Positions 8,892 through 18,474 of a DNA stretch of 64,000 nt are shown one piece after another. A program made the position numbers and the translations under genes. Source of the DNA: Abditibacterium sp. (GTDB taxonomy: Bacteria > Armatimonadota > Abditibacteriia > Abditibacteriales > Abditibacteriaceae); NCBI GenBank assembly GCA_965246885.1, contig OZ251992.1, forward strand, positions 2,848,001-2,912,000, in the 5' to 3' direction. Every line of letters begins with the position of its first letter. Position 1 is the first letter of the stretch. The notes below the pieces were generated by a model. It saw only the letters and a program-made list of their open reading frames with translations, had not been told where the DNA came from and made no database searches.

Positions 8892-10526
8892 TTACGAGCC
8901 GGTCGGGTGCGCCATCATGGAACGCCCTTGGCGGGAGTTGTTAACGACGACGTAGACGATGCTAACGATGCCCCACGCGACGGCGATGCCAACCGCGAGA
9001 TAAGCCGCCTTCTTCGTGTCGCCGCCCGACAAAGCGGCGGCATAAAGGATGGTGGCAATCATCAGCAGGTTGAGCAACAAGCCGACGAACGGGATGACTT
9101 TGTGCAGCAGGAAGTTGCTGGGGCGGTGCGAGAAAGCGACCATCGTCCACACGCAAATCAGCGCGTAGAGGATGAAGGTGCCCAGATTCGAGGCATACGC
9201 GATGCCCGTCAAACCGACGCTCGTGTTGTAGCAACCAATGCAAGCGATGATGCAAGAAACGGCGGTCAAGACCCACGTCGCGGCGGCGGGCGTGGCGAGC
9301 TTGCCGTGCATGAGGCCGAGAATTTCGGGCATCTCGTTGTCTTTGGCCATCGCGTAAGAAACGCGCACGGCGGTGTTGGTGCAAGCGAGCGTCGTTCCCA
9401 GAATGGCCAAGACGACGGTGAGCGCCATCGAGACGGTCAGCACTTTGCCCATGTTGTGCAAGAGCGAGTCGCCGAACAGCGTCATCATGTCGCCGATGGG
9501 CGCGCTCGATTTGCCCGCCGCGTCCATGCCCGTCACCAAATCTTTGCCCGTGCCGTTGGTCAGCTTGTCGGACAGCGCGTAGTTCGAGGCGAAGTAGCCG
9601 AAACCGTAAGCGAAGACGCCTTGGATGATGAGCGACAAGAGAACGCCCGTTGGCACGCTGCGTTTGGCATCCTTGGCTTCGGCGCCCAAAGCGGTGCAGG
9701 ACTCAAAGCCAACCAAGATAAGGATGGCCAAGCTCGCTTGGATTAACACGCCCGACGGGGTGTGCGGCCAGAGGATCGAGGAGACGCTTTTGTGGACGTA
9801 GACATCACCGGGGTGGCTGGAGCGGTAAGCGATGGCCATGATGCCAAAAGCCACAAGCGCCGTAAGTTGCACGATGTTGATGACGAGGTTGGTCATCGTC
9901 GAGCCGTTGATGCCGCGCGTCGAGATAAAGCCGCAGACGATGGCGAACAGGATGGCGACGATCATCTTTTGGGGAACGCTGAGGCCATCGCCATTGTTGT
10001 AGCCGAACAAGCCCGTCAAGTAGGAGACGATGGAAGCGAAGAATGCGACCATGACGCCGGGATAGACCCAGTAGAACAAGTGCGCCGCCCAGCCGGTGAC
10101 GAGCTTGGAGATGCGCGCCCACTTGTGGTATTTCTGGCCCTCTTCCTTGTCGAGGAAGGTCTTCTCGGCGAAGTAGTAGGCCGAGCCGTAACCGGCATCT
10201 GGGTAGATTTTCGCCATTTCGGAGTAGGCGACCGCTGTCAGGAACGCGACGAGAAGGGCGAAGGCGACGCCCTGCCACATGTCAATGCCGGTCGAAGTCT
10301 TACCGTCCGGCCCGACCTGCGCGGCTTGCAAGTTGTAGGTCAGCCACAAGAAGGCGCCGGGGGCGATGAGCGCCATCGCGTTGATGGTGACGCCCGTAGT
10401 GCTGAGGGTTTTCTTCGGCCCCTCGTCCACCGAAACAGGAGATGTGTTTGCTGTTGCCATAAAAGTCTCTCTTGCGCCCCCGGTGGCCACTCCGGTGATG
10501 GAGAAGCGGCCCCGTGCAGGCGACAT
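8892..10526 (-). CDS. APC-family amino acid/cation permease
   Basis: About 12 hydrophobic segments; IAPGAF, LVGFES, AYSEMAK motifs; start either 10526 (7 nt after TATAAT) or 10460. Confidence 0.92.
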   Translation of the reverse strand: MSPARGRFSITGVATGGARETFMATANTSPVSVDEGPKKTLSTTGVTINAMALIAPGAFLWLTYNLQAAQVGPDGKTSTGIDMWQGVAFALLVAFLTAVAYSEMAKIYPDAGYGSAYYFAEKTFLDKEEGQKYHKWARISKLVTGWAAHLFYWVYPGVMVAFFASIVSYLTGLFGYNNGDGLSVPQKMIVAILFAIVCGFISTRGINGSTMTNLVINIVQLTALVAFGIMAIAYRSSHPGDVYVHKSVSSILWPHTPSGVLIQASLAILILVGFESCTALGAEAKDAKRSVPTGVLLSLIIQGVFAYGFGYFASNYALSDKLTNGTGKDLVTGMDAAGKSSAPIGDMMTLFGDSLLHNMGKVLTVSMALTVVLAILGTTLACTNTAVRVSYAMAKDNEMPEILGLMHGKLATPAAATWVLTAVSCIIACIGCYNTSVGLTGIAYASNLGTFILYALICVWTMVAFSHRPSNFLLHKVIPFVGLLLNLLMIATILYAAALSGGDTKKAAYLAVGIAVAWGIVSIVYVVVNNSRQGRSMMAHPTGS

Positions 10527-10622
10527 GAGCGAGATTATAGAATCCCCAAGGCAACGGGAAATAACCGCCCTGTTTCTCTTTCATTTCGGAGCGTTAAGAA
10601 ATCGCTCACCATCTCCCGCGCT

Positions 10623-11306
10623 TTACTCTTGCTTGCCGGTGCGGTCGTCCTCTTGGAGCGAATCCATCAGGCGCAAGGCTTTGGGAACGCGCACGGTCTT
10701 CGTAGTCCCCTTGTCTTTGCCGGGTGGGGTGTCGGTGACGCGCTTGACGCCCGTGAGGAAGTTCGTGCTTTCGCTGCGAACGCTCCCCGTTGCGCGGTCG
10801 CGCACAAGGGTATCGAAGCCAATGAGCACCATGCCACGCGGCGCTTGCAAGCGGAAGCGGTGCGTGGTTTCTTCGACTTCGCGTGAGCCGTGTTCCATCC
10901 CCACAATTAAGACGCCGCGCCGGATGGACACCTCGACCGGCGCGGGCATCACCCCGTAAAACGCGCCGCCGTCGCCCGTGCCCATCAGCAACTGGTTAGA
11001 AAAGCCGACGCGCTTCCAGCCGCGCGCGTCTTTGACCGCCACGACCAACGCCCGCGAGCGTGGTGTCGCATAGCCGTCTTTGTCTTTAGCGGGCTTGTCC
11101 TCGATAAGCACGAGCGCCGCGTCGGGCACGCGGTCGCGGTTGAGGTCGCCCCGCGCGGTCTTCTCAATGACCCAGCCGCGCGGCGCAAAACCGCGCGTCG
11201 CCGCCGCATGGAGAGGTACATGCGAACCTTCCAAGTGGGGTTCATCCTGCGCGCGGGCAAGAGACAGCGAGAACGCGAGCGCGGCTAAGAGAAAGAACGG
11301 TTTCAT
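10623..11306 (-). CDS. Secreted hypothetical protein
   Basis: Signal peptide ending ARA-Q; GDLNRD motif. Confidence 0.8.
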   Translation of the reverse strand: MKPFFLLAALAFSLSLARAQDEPHLEGSHVPLHAAATRGFAPRGWVIEKTARGDLNRDRVPDAALVLIEDKPAKDKDGYATPRSRALVVAVKDARGWKRVGFSNQLLMGTGDGGAFYGVMPAPVEVSIRRGVLIVGMEHGSREVEETTHRFRLQAPRGMVLIGFDTLVRDRATGSVRSESTNFLTGVKRVTDTPPGKDKGTTKTVRVPKALRLMDSLQEDDRTGKQE

Positions 11307-11344
11307 CGGGCGCAGTTTGCCGCAAGCGCGCCCTCCCTGCCCGC

Positions 11345-11881
11345 TTACTTCTTCAGCCGCTCCGCGTATTGGTGGCGGAACTTGGCGACTTTGGGCGCGA
11401 CGACGAAGGAGCAGTAGCCTTGCGAGGGGTTTTGGGCGAAGTACTCTTGGTGGTAATCTTCGGCGGGGTAGAAGTTGGTGAACGCCGTGACTTCGGTCAC
11501 GATGGGGCGGGCATACAGCCGCTCGGCGTCCACTTCTTCGATGATGTCGCGCGCCGTCGCTTCCTGTTCGGGCGAGTGGAAGAGGATGGCGGAGCGGTAC
11601 GACTCGCCAACATCGTTGCCCTGCCGGTTGAGCGTGGTGGGGTCGTGGACAGTGAAAAAGACGCGCAAGAGGTCGGCGTAGGAGATAACCTCCGGGTCGA
11701 ACTTAATCTGCACCGCTTCGGCGTGCCCGGTTGTTTCGGAGCAAACCTGCTTGTAGGTGGGGTTGGCGAGGTGCCCGCCCGCGTAGCCGGACACGACATC
11801 CTCGACGCCGCGCAGTTCGTCAAACACCGCTTCCACGCACCAGAAGCATCCCGCCGCTAAAGTCGCAGTTTCCAATGGCAT
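11345..11881 (-). CDS. msrA: Peptide-methionine (S)-S-oxide reductase
   Basis: GCFWC, SGYAGG, TGHAEAVQ, HDPTTLNRQGNDVG, AEDYHQEY. Confidence 0.97.
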   Translation of the reverse strand: MPLETATLAAGCFWCVEAVFDELRGVEDVVSGYAGGHLANPTYKQVCSETTGHAEAVQIKFDPEVISYADLLRVFFTVHDPTTLNRQGNDVGESYRSAILFHSPEQEATARDIIEEVDAERLYARPIVTEVTAFTNFYPAEDYHQEYFAQNPSQGYCSFVVAPKVAKFRHQYAERLKK

Positions 11882-11986
11882 GCCCTTCCCGACGCGCCAA
11901 GCGCCGCCGCGCTTCCTGCAAACCGCCGCGCCAAGCGCCAAGAATCCCCCTTGACAACCCCCGCCGCACCCTCCACAATACCTAAT

Positions 11987-12889
11987 GTGAATTTAAAACA
12001 ATTGCAGCCCATCGGCCTCCTCTTGGCCGCTTCTCTATCCGCTTCGGCGGCGCGTGCCCAGAGCACACCACAAGGCGTCGGCGCCCTGCCACCCTACGCC
12101 GTGCCCGTCATCCAAATCCCGTCTGCGCCGCCGCTTCCGGCCAAGCCAGTTCCATCAGGCATCGCCGAAGTCCTCAAAGCGCGCTTCCCGCTGTCCATCG
12201 GCTTCGCCGACTTGGGCGCCGGATGGCGGGTCTTCGATTACGGCGGCTTGTACTTCACGCGCGGCGACACGCAGTTCTTGAACGGACAGGAATACGTCGT
12301 TGCTTATAAGCGCATCTTCGCCAACCCCGCCGACCTCTCGCCAGCCCAATACGCCCTCTTCGCCACGCGCAACGTATACCACGCCACCAAAGACGACCGC
12401 TACAAGATCACGCTGTTTCCGGCAGAAACACTGCAAAGGCTCGTAACCAACGGGCAAACCGAAGTGCGCTCCTTCGACGCCAACGACTTCAAGGTCACGG
12501 CGGCGCTGCCCACTTCCGATGCGTTCCGGCAGAACCTCTCGCTCGTGTATCTGCGCAAAATCCGCGAGGCGGTTTCCGCTTATAGTCGGGCCAACTTGGG
12601 CGTGTTGCCGCCGCTCGACTCCTCGGCGGGCGTGGGGCGCGAACTGGACGAGTTCGCCGAAAACCCGGCCATCTTCACCCAGCCCGGCACGACGCGGCCC
12701 TTCGCGTTTAATCCGCTCTTTTCCGCCCGCAAAGTCGCGCACCTCAAAGGCAAGGGCGTGTTGGTGCTCGCCTTTGAAGCCGAACCCGCGTCTGACGGCT
12801 CTCGCGCCATCCTGACCTACGGCGGGAGCGTCGCCCGCCTCAACCGCAAACAGTGGACGCGCCTCTTTGAAGCCTCGCAACTGGGCTAA
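11987..12889 (+). CDS. Secreted hypothetical protein with a degenerate DUF1559/H-X9-DG-like C-terminus
   Basis: Signal peptide ending ARA-Q; tail FAFNPLFS...VLAFEAEP..DGSRAILTYGGSV; GTG start inferred. Confidence 0.7.
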   Translation: MNLKQLQPIGLLLAASLSASAARAQSTPQGVGALPPYAVPVIQIPSAPPLPAKPVPSGIAEVLKARFPLSIGFADLGAGWRVFDYGGLYFTRGDTQFLNGQEYVVAYKRIFANPADLSPAQYALFATRNVYHATKDDRYKITLFPAETLQRLVTNGQTEVRSFDANDFKVTAALPTSDAFRQNLSLVYLRKIREAVSAYSRANLGVLPPLDSSAGVGRELDEFAENPAIFTQPGTTRPFAFNPLFSARKVAHLKGKGVLVLAFEAEPASDGSRAILTYGGSVARLNRKQWTRLFEASQLG

Positions 12890-13227
12890 GGCATCCCGTG
12901 TTTGGTTGCCCGCGCCCGCTTTGCGATGTTCGCGCGACGTCTCGCAGGCATCTTCGCGGCGCTGGGATACATCCACACGAGCAGAACGAACAGCATAAAC
13001 GCGGGGATGTTGATATCCAGCACGGTGTTCCCCTGCCCCGCGATGAACACGGCGCCCGCCACAAAGCCCAACAGGAGGCCCACCGCGACGGCAGCAAAAG
13101 GCGACAGTAAGTCCGGCACTGAGGCGACGTACACCATGCGCGCCACGAGCAGAACATCCAGTGTCGGGAGCGCGAGCGCCAACGCCGTCCATCCACACGA
13201 GCGCAAAGAGGCGGTCTGTTTCTTCAT
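12886..13227 (-). CDS. Small membrane protein
   Basis: Three hydrophobic segments; directly downstream of purK. Confidence 0.65.
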   Translation of the reverse strand: MKKQTASLRSCGWTALALALPTLDVLLVARMVYVASVPDLLSPFAAVAVGLLLGFVAGAVFIAGQGNTVLDINIPAFMLFVLLVWMYPSAAKMPARRRANIAKRARATKHGMP

Positions 13228-13233
13228 CGGCGT

Positions 13234-14343
13234 TTACTCCGCTAACAACTCCTGCACTTGGCCCACGCGCGCCCGCAAGTCACCGTCCGCCGCAAGGGTA
13301 ACGTGGGCCACCTTGCGACCCGGCCTCACCTCCTTCCCGTAGAAGTGCGGGTGCGCGCCTTCGATGGCAAGTAGCGCCGCCAATTCCGGCAGTTCGCCGA
13401 CGAGGTTGACCATCGCCGCACTCTTCGTCCTCATATCCGTCGCGCCGAGGGGCAAGCCCGCGACGGCGCGGATGTGGTTCTCGAATTGGCTGGTCGCGCT
13501 GCCCTCGATTGTCCAATGCCCCGAATTGTGGACGCGCGGCGCCATCTCGTTGGCGAGGAGCGTATCCCCAACTTGGAACAGTTCCAGCGCCAAGACGCCG
13601 ACGTATTGCAACGCTTCTAAGGCCACCCGCGCGTACTCTTGCGCCGCCCTCTGCAACTCCTCTCCCGCATCTGGCGCGGGCGCGAGGGACAGCCGCAGGA
13701 TGCCGCCGGAATGATGGTTCTCGACGAGCGGCCAAAAGCGAACGTCGCCGTCCCGCCCGCGCACCGACAAGATGGACAGTTCCCGCTCGAACGGCACCCA
13801 CGCTTCCAAGATGAGCGCTGTGCCGCCCAGATTGGCCCACGCGGTCGGGACATCGGCGGACGCGCGCAGCACCATCTGTCCCTTGCCATCGTAGCCGCCG
13901 CGCCGCGTTTTGAGGACGCACGGAAAACCCGCCTCCCCCGTTGCCGCAGCTAATTCTTCGAGGGAATTAACTGCCCAGAAGTCCGGCGTGCGCACGCCTA
14001 AGGCGCGCAGGAACTGTTTCTCGACCCATCGGTCGCCCGCGACTTCCAAAGCATGTAACGGAGGAAAAACGGGGGTTCGCGCTTCCAAGAAACGGATGGT
14101 TGCAAGCGGCACGTTCTCCCACTCATACGTCACAACATCCAAGCCGTCCGCCCAGTGCGCAAGCGCGACCTCGTCCTCAATGTTCCCGCTCGTCAGAGGC
14201 GCGACTGCCCCCGCAACGGCGTCGGGCGAGGGGTCGAAGCACCGAAAGCGCAGCCCCAACGGAAGCCCCGCGAGCGCCAGCATCTGTCCCAACTGTCCCC
14301 CGCCCAAAATCCCAATGGTCATTGGCGGGGAAGTTTGCGGCAT
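13234..14343 (-). CDS. purK: N5-carboxyaminoimidazole ribonucleotide synthase
   Basis: IGILGGGQLGQM, KTRRGGYDGKGQ, NEMAPRVHNSGH, SQFENHIRA. Confidence 0.97.
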   Translation of the reverse strand: MPQTSPPMTIGILGGGQLGQMLALAGLPLGLRFRCFDPSPDAVAGAVAPLTSGNIEDEVALAHWADGLDVVTYEWENVPLATIRFLEARTPVFPPLHALEVAGDRWVEKQFLRALGVRTPDFWAVNSLEELAAATGEAGFPCVLKTRRGGYDGKGQMVLRASADVPTAWANLGGTALILEAWVPFERELSILSVRGRDGDVRFWPLVENHHSGGILRLSLAPAPDAGEELQRAAQEYARVALEALQYVGVLALELFQVGDTLLANEMAPRVHNSGHWTIEGSATSQFENHIRAVAGLPLGATDMRTKSAAMVNLVGELPELAALLAIEGAHPHFYGKEVRPGRKVAHVTLAADGDLRARVGQVQELLAE

Positions 14344-14416
14344 CGGCGACGGCGCGGCGCAAAGGTCACAAGTTTCTCTTATAATGAGCGGGGCTTAGAA
14401 CGACACAACACACACC

Positions 14417-15358
14417 ATGAAGACTTTCCTGTGCGCCTTGGGCGCGGTTGGGCTACTGATGGGCGCGGCGCGGGCCGACCTGAAATGGACGGAAACAACC
14501 TCCGTTGGCGCCGCCGAGGGCACGGAGAGTGCCGGTTTCGCCATTAAAAGCACGCACTACATGAACGCCGAAGCGGGCCGCACCGACACCGAAGCCAAAA
14601 TCGGGCCGATGGCCATGACCTCGCGCGAAATCAGCCTGTGCCCCAAAAAGCTGTCCCTCTCGCTTTTGGACAGCGCCAAGCTGTATTCCGAAGCCCCGCT
14701 TGCCGATGGAGGCGGGATGATGTCCATGCCCAAAATGCCCGCAATGGGCGGGATGATAGGCGGCATGGACGCTGCCCCCAAAGCCAAGGGCGTCAAAAAG
14801 ACGGGCACGCAAACCATCAGCTTCTCGCTGCGCGACTTGGGAACGGAGAAAATCTTGGACATCCCCACCCGCCACATGGCGCTCGACTCGACCGTCACCT
14901 CGACCGGTTGCGCCGGAACGGGCACCACCAAAACCAAGATGGAAGTGTGGACGGCCAACTTCCCGATGCCCGCTCCTTGCTTGGCGACCACATTCGACGG
15001 AACAGTGAAAAGCGTCGCCAACATCGAAAGCGACTGCGACGTGAAGACCACTTACAAAGGCAACCCCACCGCCGCAGTCAGCAAACTCTTCGGCGGCTTC
15101 ATCATGCGCATGAAAGTCGGCATGGGCCAAAGTTCTTTCACCCGCGAAGTCACCATGATCTCGCGCGCCAAGCTCGCACCGGACACTTTCCAAGTGCCCG
15201 CCGACTACCGCAAAGTTACGCCCGAAGAGTTCGACAAAGCCCGCCAAAGCGCCATGATGAAATCCCTAATGGGCGGCGGCAAGGCGGGCGGTGGCGATGG
15301 CGACACCCCCCAAATCGAGAATCCCCCGCTTCCCGTTCCAATGCCGGATAACAACTAA
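14417..15358 (+). CDS. Secreted protein, DUF4412-like
   Basis: Signal peptide; LGTEKILDIPTRH and FQVPADYRKV motifs. Confidence 0.75.
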   Translation: MKTFLCALGAVGLLMGAARADLKWTETTSVGAAEGTESAGFAIKSTHYMNAEAGRTDTEAKIGPMAMTSREISLCPKKLSLSLLDSAKLYSEAPLADGGGMMSMPKMPAMGGMIGGMDAAPKAKGVKKTGTQTISFSLRDLGTEKILDIPTRHMALDSTVTSTGCAGTGTTKTKMEVWTANFPMPAPCLATTFDGTVKSVANIESDCDVKTTYKGNPTAAVSKLFGGFIMRMKVGMGQSSFTREVTMISRAKLAPDTFQVPADYRKVTPEEFDKARQSAMMKSLMGGGKAGGGDGDTPQIENPPLPVPMPDNN

Positions 15359-15557
15359 GGGAAAATCGCTCCTGCTCCCAGCGCCCCTGCTTTGGTGGGG
15401 CGTTGGGCGCCACGCGCCCACATCTTCCCAGCCGAAGGCGGCCCAAGGAAAAGCTGCGCCCGCGCATTTCGGGGGACTGCGCGCGGGTGCGATACTTCTA
15501 TTCTTCGTGACCGCTTCCAAATCCACCCGCCAAGCCCACAACCCGGCCCGCCATCAA

Positions 15558-16745
15558 CTGACAAAGGACTGGCCCACCCTTCCGCCGCTTTCCCCGCTCA
15601 CCTATTACCGCCGCAACATTTGGCGCGTCCTGCCCGTCGCGGGCGCCATCATCATCTCCGTCTTCCTTATCGCGGCCATCGTCACCCTGCTCAACTCGGT
15701 TGACCGCTCTATCCAAGTCGAATACGGCTCGATGCGCAACTACTCGATCCTTGCGCCCCGTTTAGAGCGCGACGTGCCCACACCCGTTCTCCAAGCCGCC
15801 GCCAAAATCCCCGAAGTCCGCGATGTCGTGCTGACCATCCCCTACTTCGTGTTCCTCAAAACCGTGTTCGGCAAAATGCCCGTCCCCATCTATGGCTTCG
15901 ACCCCCAAGACTCGGCGAAGATCGTTGCCGTCACGGGCAACAAGGTCGTCGCAGGGCGCTTGCCGCGCCTCAATCAGCCGGAAATCGCCATCTCGCGCGC
16001 GTGGTCGCACAACTTCAAAGTCGGATTGGGCGGCAAATACCTGCCTTTCGATGAGCAGTTGCCAACGCTCGCCGAGCCGCAGACCGTCGTGGGCATCCTC
16101 GACGGCGGGGACAACATCGCCATTGCCGACAAGACCTACCTGCAACTTACGCTCAACGACGTCGTGCAACGCCCCTCCTATTTCTACCTGCCCCGCACGC
16201 CCAAAGAGCTACCGGCGATGTCCGCCAAGTTGGAGTCCATCGTGGGCCACCCCCAGAAGTTAGGCTTCGGGGCCGACTTGTCCAAGCGATTGAAAGTCTT
16301 CACTTTCGACGGCCTCGTGAACGACTTGCGGCGCAATCTGGGCTTCCTTTACACCTTCTTGGGCATCGCCGACGCCCTCGTGATTGGCACCGTCGCTCTC
16401 CTGTCGGGCTTCTTGGCGAACATCTACTTCGAGCAACGCTTAGGAGAGTTCGGCCTGCTGTCCGCTCTGGGATTCCGGCGCGAGCGGCTGGCCAAGCGCT
16501 TGATAATTGAAACCGGCAGCTTGGTCATGCTGGCATGGGTCGGCGGGCTGGGATTCACCGCCATCGCCATTAAGATACTCGACGTCCTCTACATGACGCC
16601 GCACGGCTTGGTCTTGGCGCCCATCGCGCGCGACGCGCTGCTTTATACCCTTCCAACGCCGATACTGGTCGGCTTCGCGTCGCTGGGCACTGTCTTGACG
16701 CGCTTGTATCGCCTCGACCCAATTGAAATCATGGAGCGCCGCTAA
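15558..16745 (+). CDS. FtsX/MacB-like ABC transporter permease
   Basis: GRLP...EIAIS, VVGIL, QRLGEFGLLSALGF, DPIEIMERR; start uncertain (no ATG near the N-terminus). Confidence 0.88.
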   Translation: MTKDWPTLPPLSPLTYYRRNIWRVLPVAGAIIISVFLIAAIVTLLNSVDRSIQVEYGSMRNYSILAPRLERDVPTPVLQAAAKIPEVRDVVLTIPYFVFLKTVFGKMPVPIYGFDPQDSAKIVAVTGNKVVAGRLPRLNQPEIAISRAWSHNFKVGLGGKYLPFDEQLPTLAEPQTVVGILDGGDNIAIADKTYLQLTLNDVVQRPSYFYLPRTPKELPAMSAKLESIVGHPQKLGFGADLSKRLKVFTFDGLVNDLRRNLGFLYTFLGIADALVIGTVALLSGFLANIYFEQRLGEFGLLSALGFRRERLAKRLIIETGSLVMLAWVGGLGFTAIAIKILDVLYMTPHGLVLAPIARDALLYTLPTPILVGFASLGTVLTRLYRLDPIEIMERR

Positions 16746-16753
16746 GCACCGCC

Positions 16754-17482
16754 ATGAGCGAAATCCACCTGACGCCCGATTTGGAGCGCGCCGCGCACGC
16801 CGACCTGCGCGCCGAGCACCTCACGCTTACCTACGTGACGCCGCGCTCCACCACCTACGCCGTGAGCGACATCTCGCTTCGCGTCGGGCCGCGCGAGTTT
16901 GCGGGGATAGTTGGCCCATCGGGAAGCGGCAAGTCGTCCCTGCTTTATCTCATGTCGGGCATGCGCACCGCCACATCGGGCGACGTGTGGTTCGGCGACT
17001 TCCACTACTCCGCCGCCTCGCCCAGCGAGAAGCTCGACTTCCGCCGCGCCTCGTTCGGCTTCATCTTCCAGCAGCCGCACCTCATCTCGTATCTGAGCGT
17101 GTTGGAAAACGTCCTCGTGCCCATCGAGAACCCGACGCCCAGCGACAAAGCGCGCGCCTTGGATTTGCTCGACTCTCTCGGCATTGAGGAACTGGCGCCC
17201 AAGTTCCCCAACGAGTGCTCCGGCGGCGAGCGCGTGCGCGCTTCGATGGCGCGCGGCCTCGTCCACCGCCCCGCGTGGCTGTGGGTGGACGAACCCACCG
17301 CCTCGCTCGACTCCCAAACGGGCAAGATGGTCATGGACGTGCTCCGGGGCCAAACCGATCACGGCGCCTTGATTGTCATCACGCACGACCTCGACATCCT
17401 CGACGACGCCGACATCGTCTTCCGCATGCGCGACGGCGCCCTCACCGAAACCTTCACCCCGCGCGCGGCCAAGCCGGGGTAA
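16754..17482 (+). CDS. ABC transporter ATP-binding protein (LolD/MacB-like)
   Basis: GPSGSGKS, CSGGERVR, DEPTASLD, ITHD. Confidence 0.95.
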   Translation: MSEIHLTPDLERAAHADLRAEHLTLTYVTPRSTTYAVSDISLRVGPREFAGIVGPSGSGKSSLLYLMSGMRTATSGDVWFGDFHYSAASPSEKLDFRRASFGFIFQQPHLISYLSVLENVLVPIENPTPSDKARALDLLDSLGIEELAPKFPNECSGGERVRASMARGLVHRPAWLWVDEPTASLDSQTGKMVMDVLRGQTDHGALIVITHDLDILDDADIVFRMRDGALTETFTPRAAKPG

Positions 17483-17518
17483 GCCGCGCACCCCGGCAAC
17501 GCCTACACTCCGTGCACC

Positions 17519-18463
17519 ATGAAAATCTTTCCCCTGCTCGCCGCAGGCGTGATGCTCCTGCTTTGCGTTCCGGTCAACGCCGCGCCCAGTTCGGGGGATG
17601 AGCCGCCCACACTCGCGCCGCAAAAGGGTGTTAAGTGGAGCCTGAGCGTCGCTTTCGCCCGCGTCGCCATCGGCGGCATCCCCAGCGAAGCGCATCAAAC
17701 CCCGTTCACACTCCGCGCGAGCGACGCCAAGGGCAAACCGCTCGCGGGCGTTCTGGCCGCGCTTCCCCAAATTCGCAACTCGCTGGGGCACATGGAGCCA
17801 GACAAGGAACGCGGTATCGTCTCGGCGCGCGTTGCGTGGCTTGGCACTACCCCAATACCCGTCACCGACGCCAAAGGCGAGATTCGCGGCTTGTTCACTT
17901 CCGGCGGAGTCGAGGAAACCGTCACGCTTCTGGTGCCGAGTGCTAAGGGCGTGGACATCGAACAAGTTTGGAATGATGTTGAAGACCCAAATGGCGACGG
18001 TGTTTTCTCTATCCCAGAGGGAACAACTCCAGTGGACTTCTCGATGGGCCTTAAGCGGGGCGACAAAATGCTGCCAATCGTGGGGCATCACCTAAACCTT
18101 GAGATTGATGCCATCACCTTCACGGCGATCCGGCGCACTGGCAAAGTGGATGAGCAAGGCATCCCAGAAACAGAGGAGAACAGCTTCGACTGGAAAATCA
18201 AAAACCCCGGTGATGAAGGCTCGGCCCTCGACAAAGCGCGCTGGGAGTTTGTCAAGCAGTTCGTGACCTCCGCCGCCACGACCGAGGGAGCGCCGGGGCA
18301 ATACCACAGTTGGTACACCACCTCTTTCCCTTCAAGTGACGCCCCCGGTGCGGGCGTTGTATTAGAAAACTGCCTGCTGACCGGGGTCAGCGATGTAGAC
18401 TCCGCGACATCTGATAACGACGCGCACGACAGTGAAATCGCCCCCCGCAACCCGCACCCATAA
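17519..18463 (+). CDS. Secreted hypothetical protein
   Basis: Signal peptide; 314-aa ORF; TACACT 9 nt upstream. Confidence 0.75.
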   Translation: MKIFPLLAAGVMLLLCVPVNAAPSSGDEPPTLAPQKGVKWSLSVAFARVAIGGIPSEAHQTPFTLRASDAKGKPLAGVLAALPQIRNSLGHMEPDKERGIVSARVAWLGTTPIPVTDAKGEIRGLFTSGGVEETVTLLVPSAKGVDIEQVWNDVEDPNGDGVFSIPEGTTPVDFSMGLKRGDKMLPIVGHHLNLEIDAITFTAIRRTGKVDEQGIPETEENSFDWKIKNPGDEGSALDKARWEFVKQFVTSAATTEGAPGQYHSWYTTSFPSSDAPGAGVVLENCLLTGVSDVDSATSDNDAHDSEIAPRNPHP

Positions 18464-18474
18464 AGCGGGCGCGC

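Noticed and set aside
10460..10620. c-di-AMP (ydaO) riboswitch upstream of the APC permease
   Set aside because: Conserved GCUGAAUCC and GGGGUGAA elements are not present
15360..15555. Structured ncRNA upstream of the ABC permease
   Set aside because: GC-rich hairpins only; no recognisable family motif
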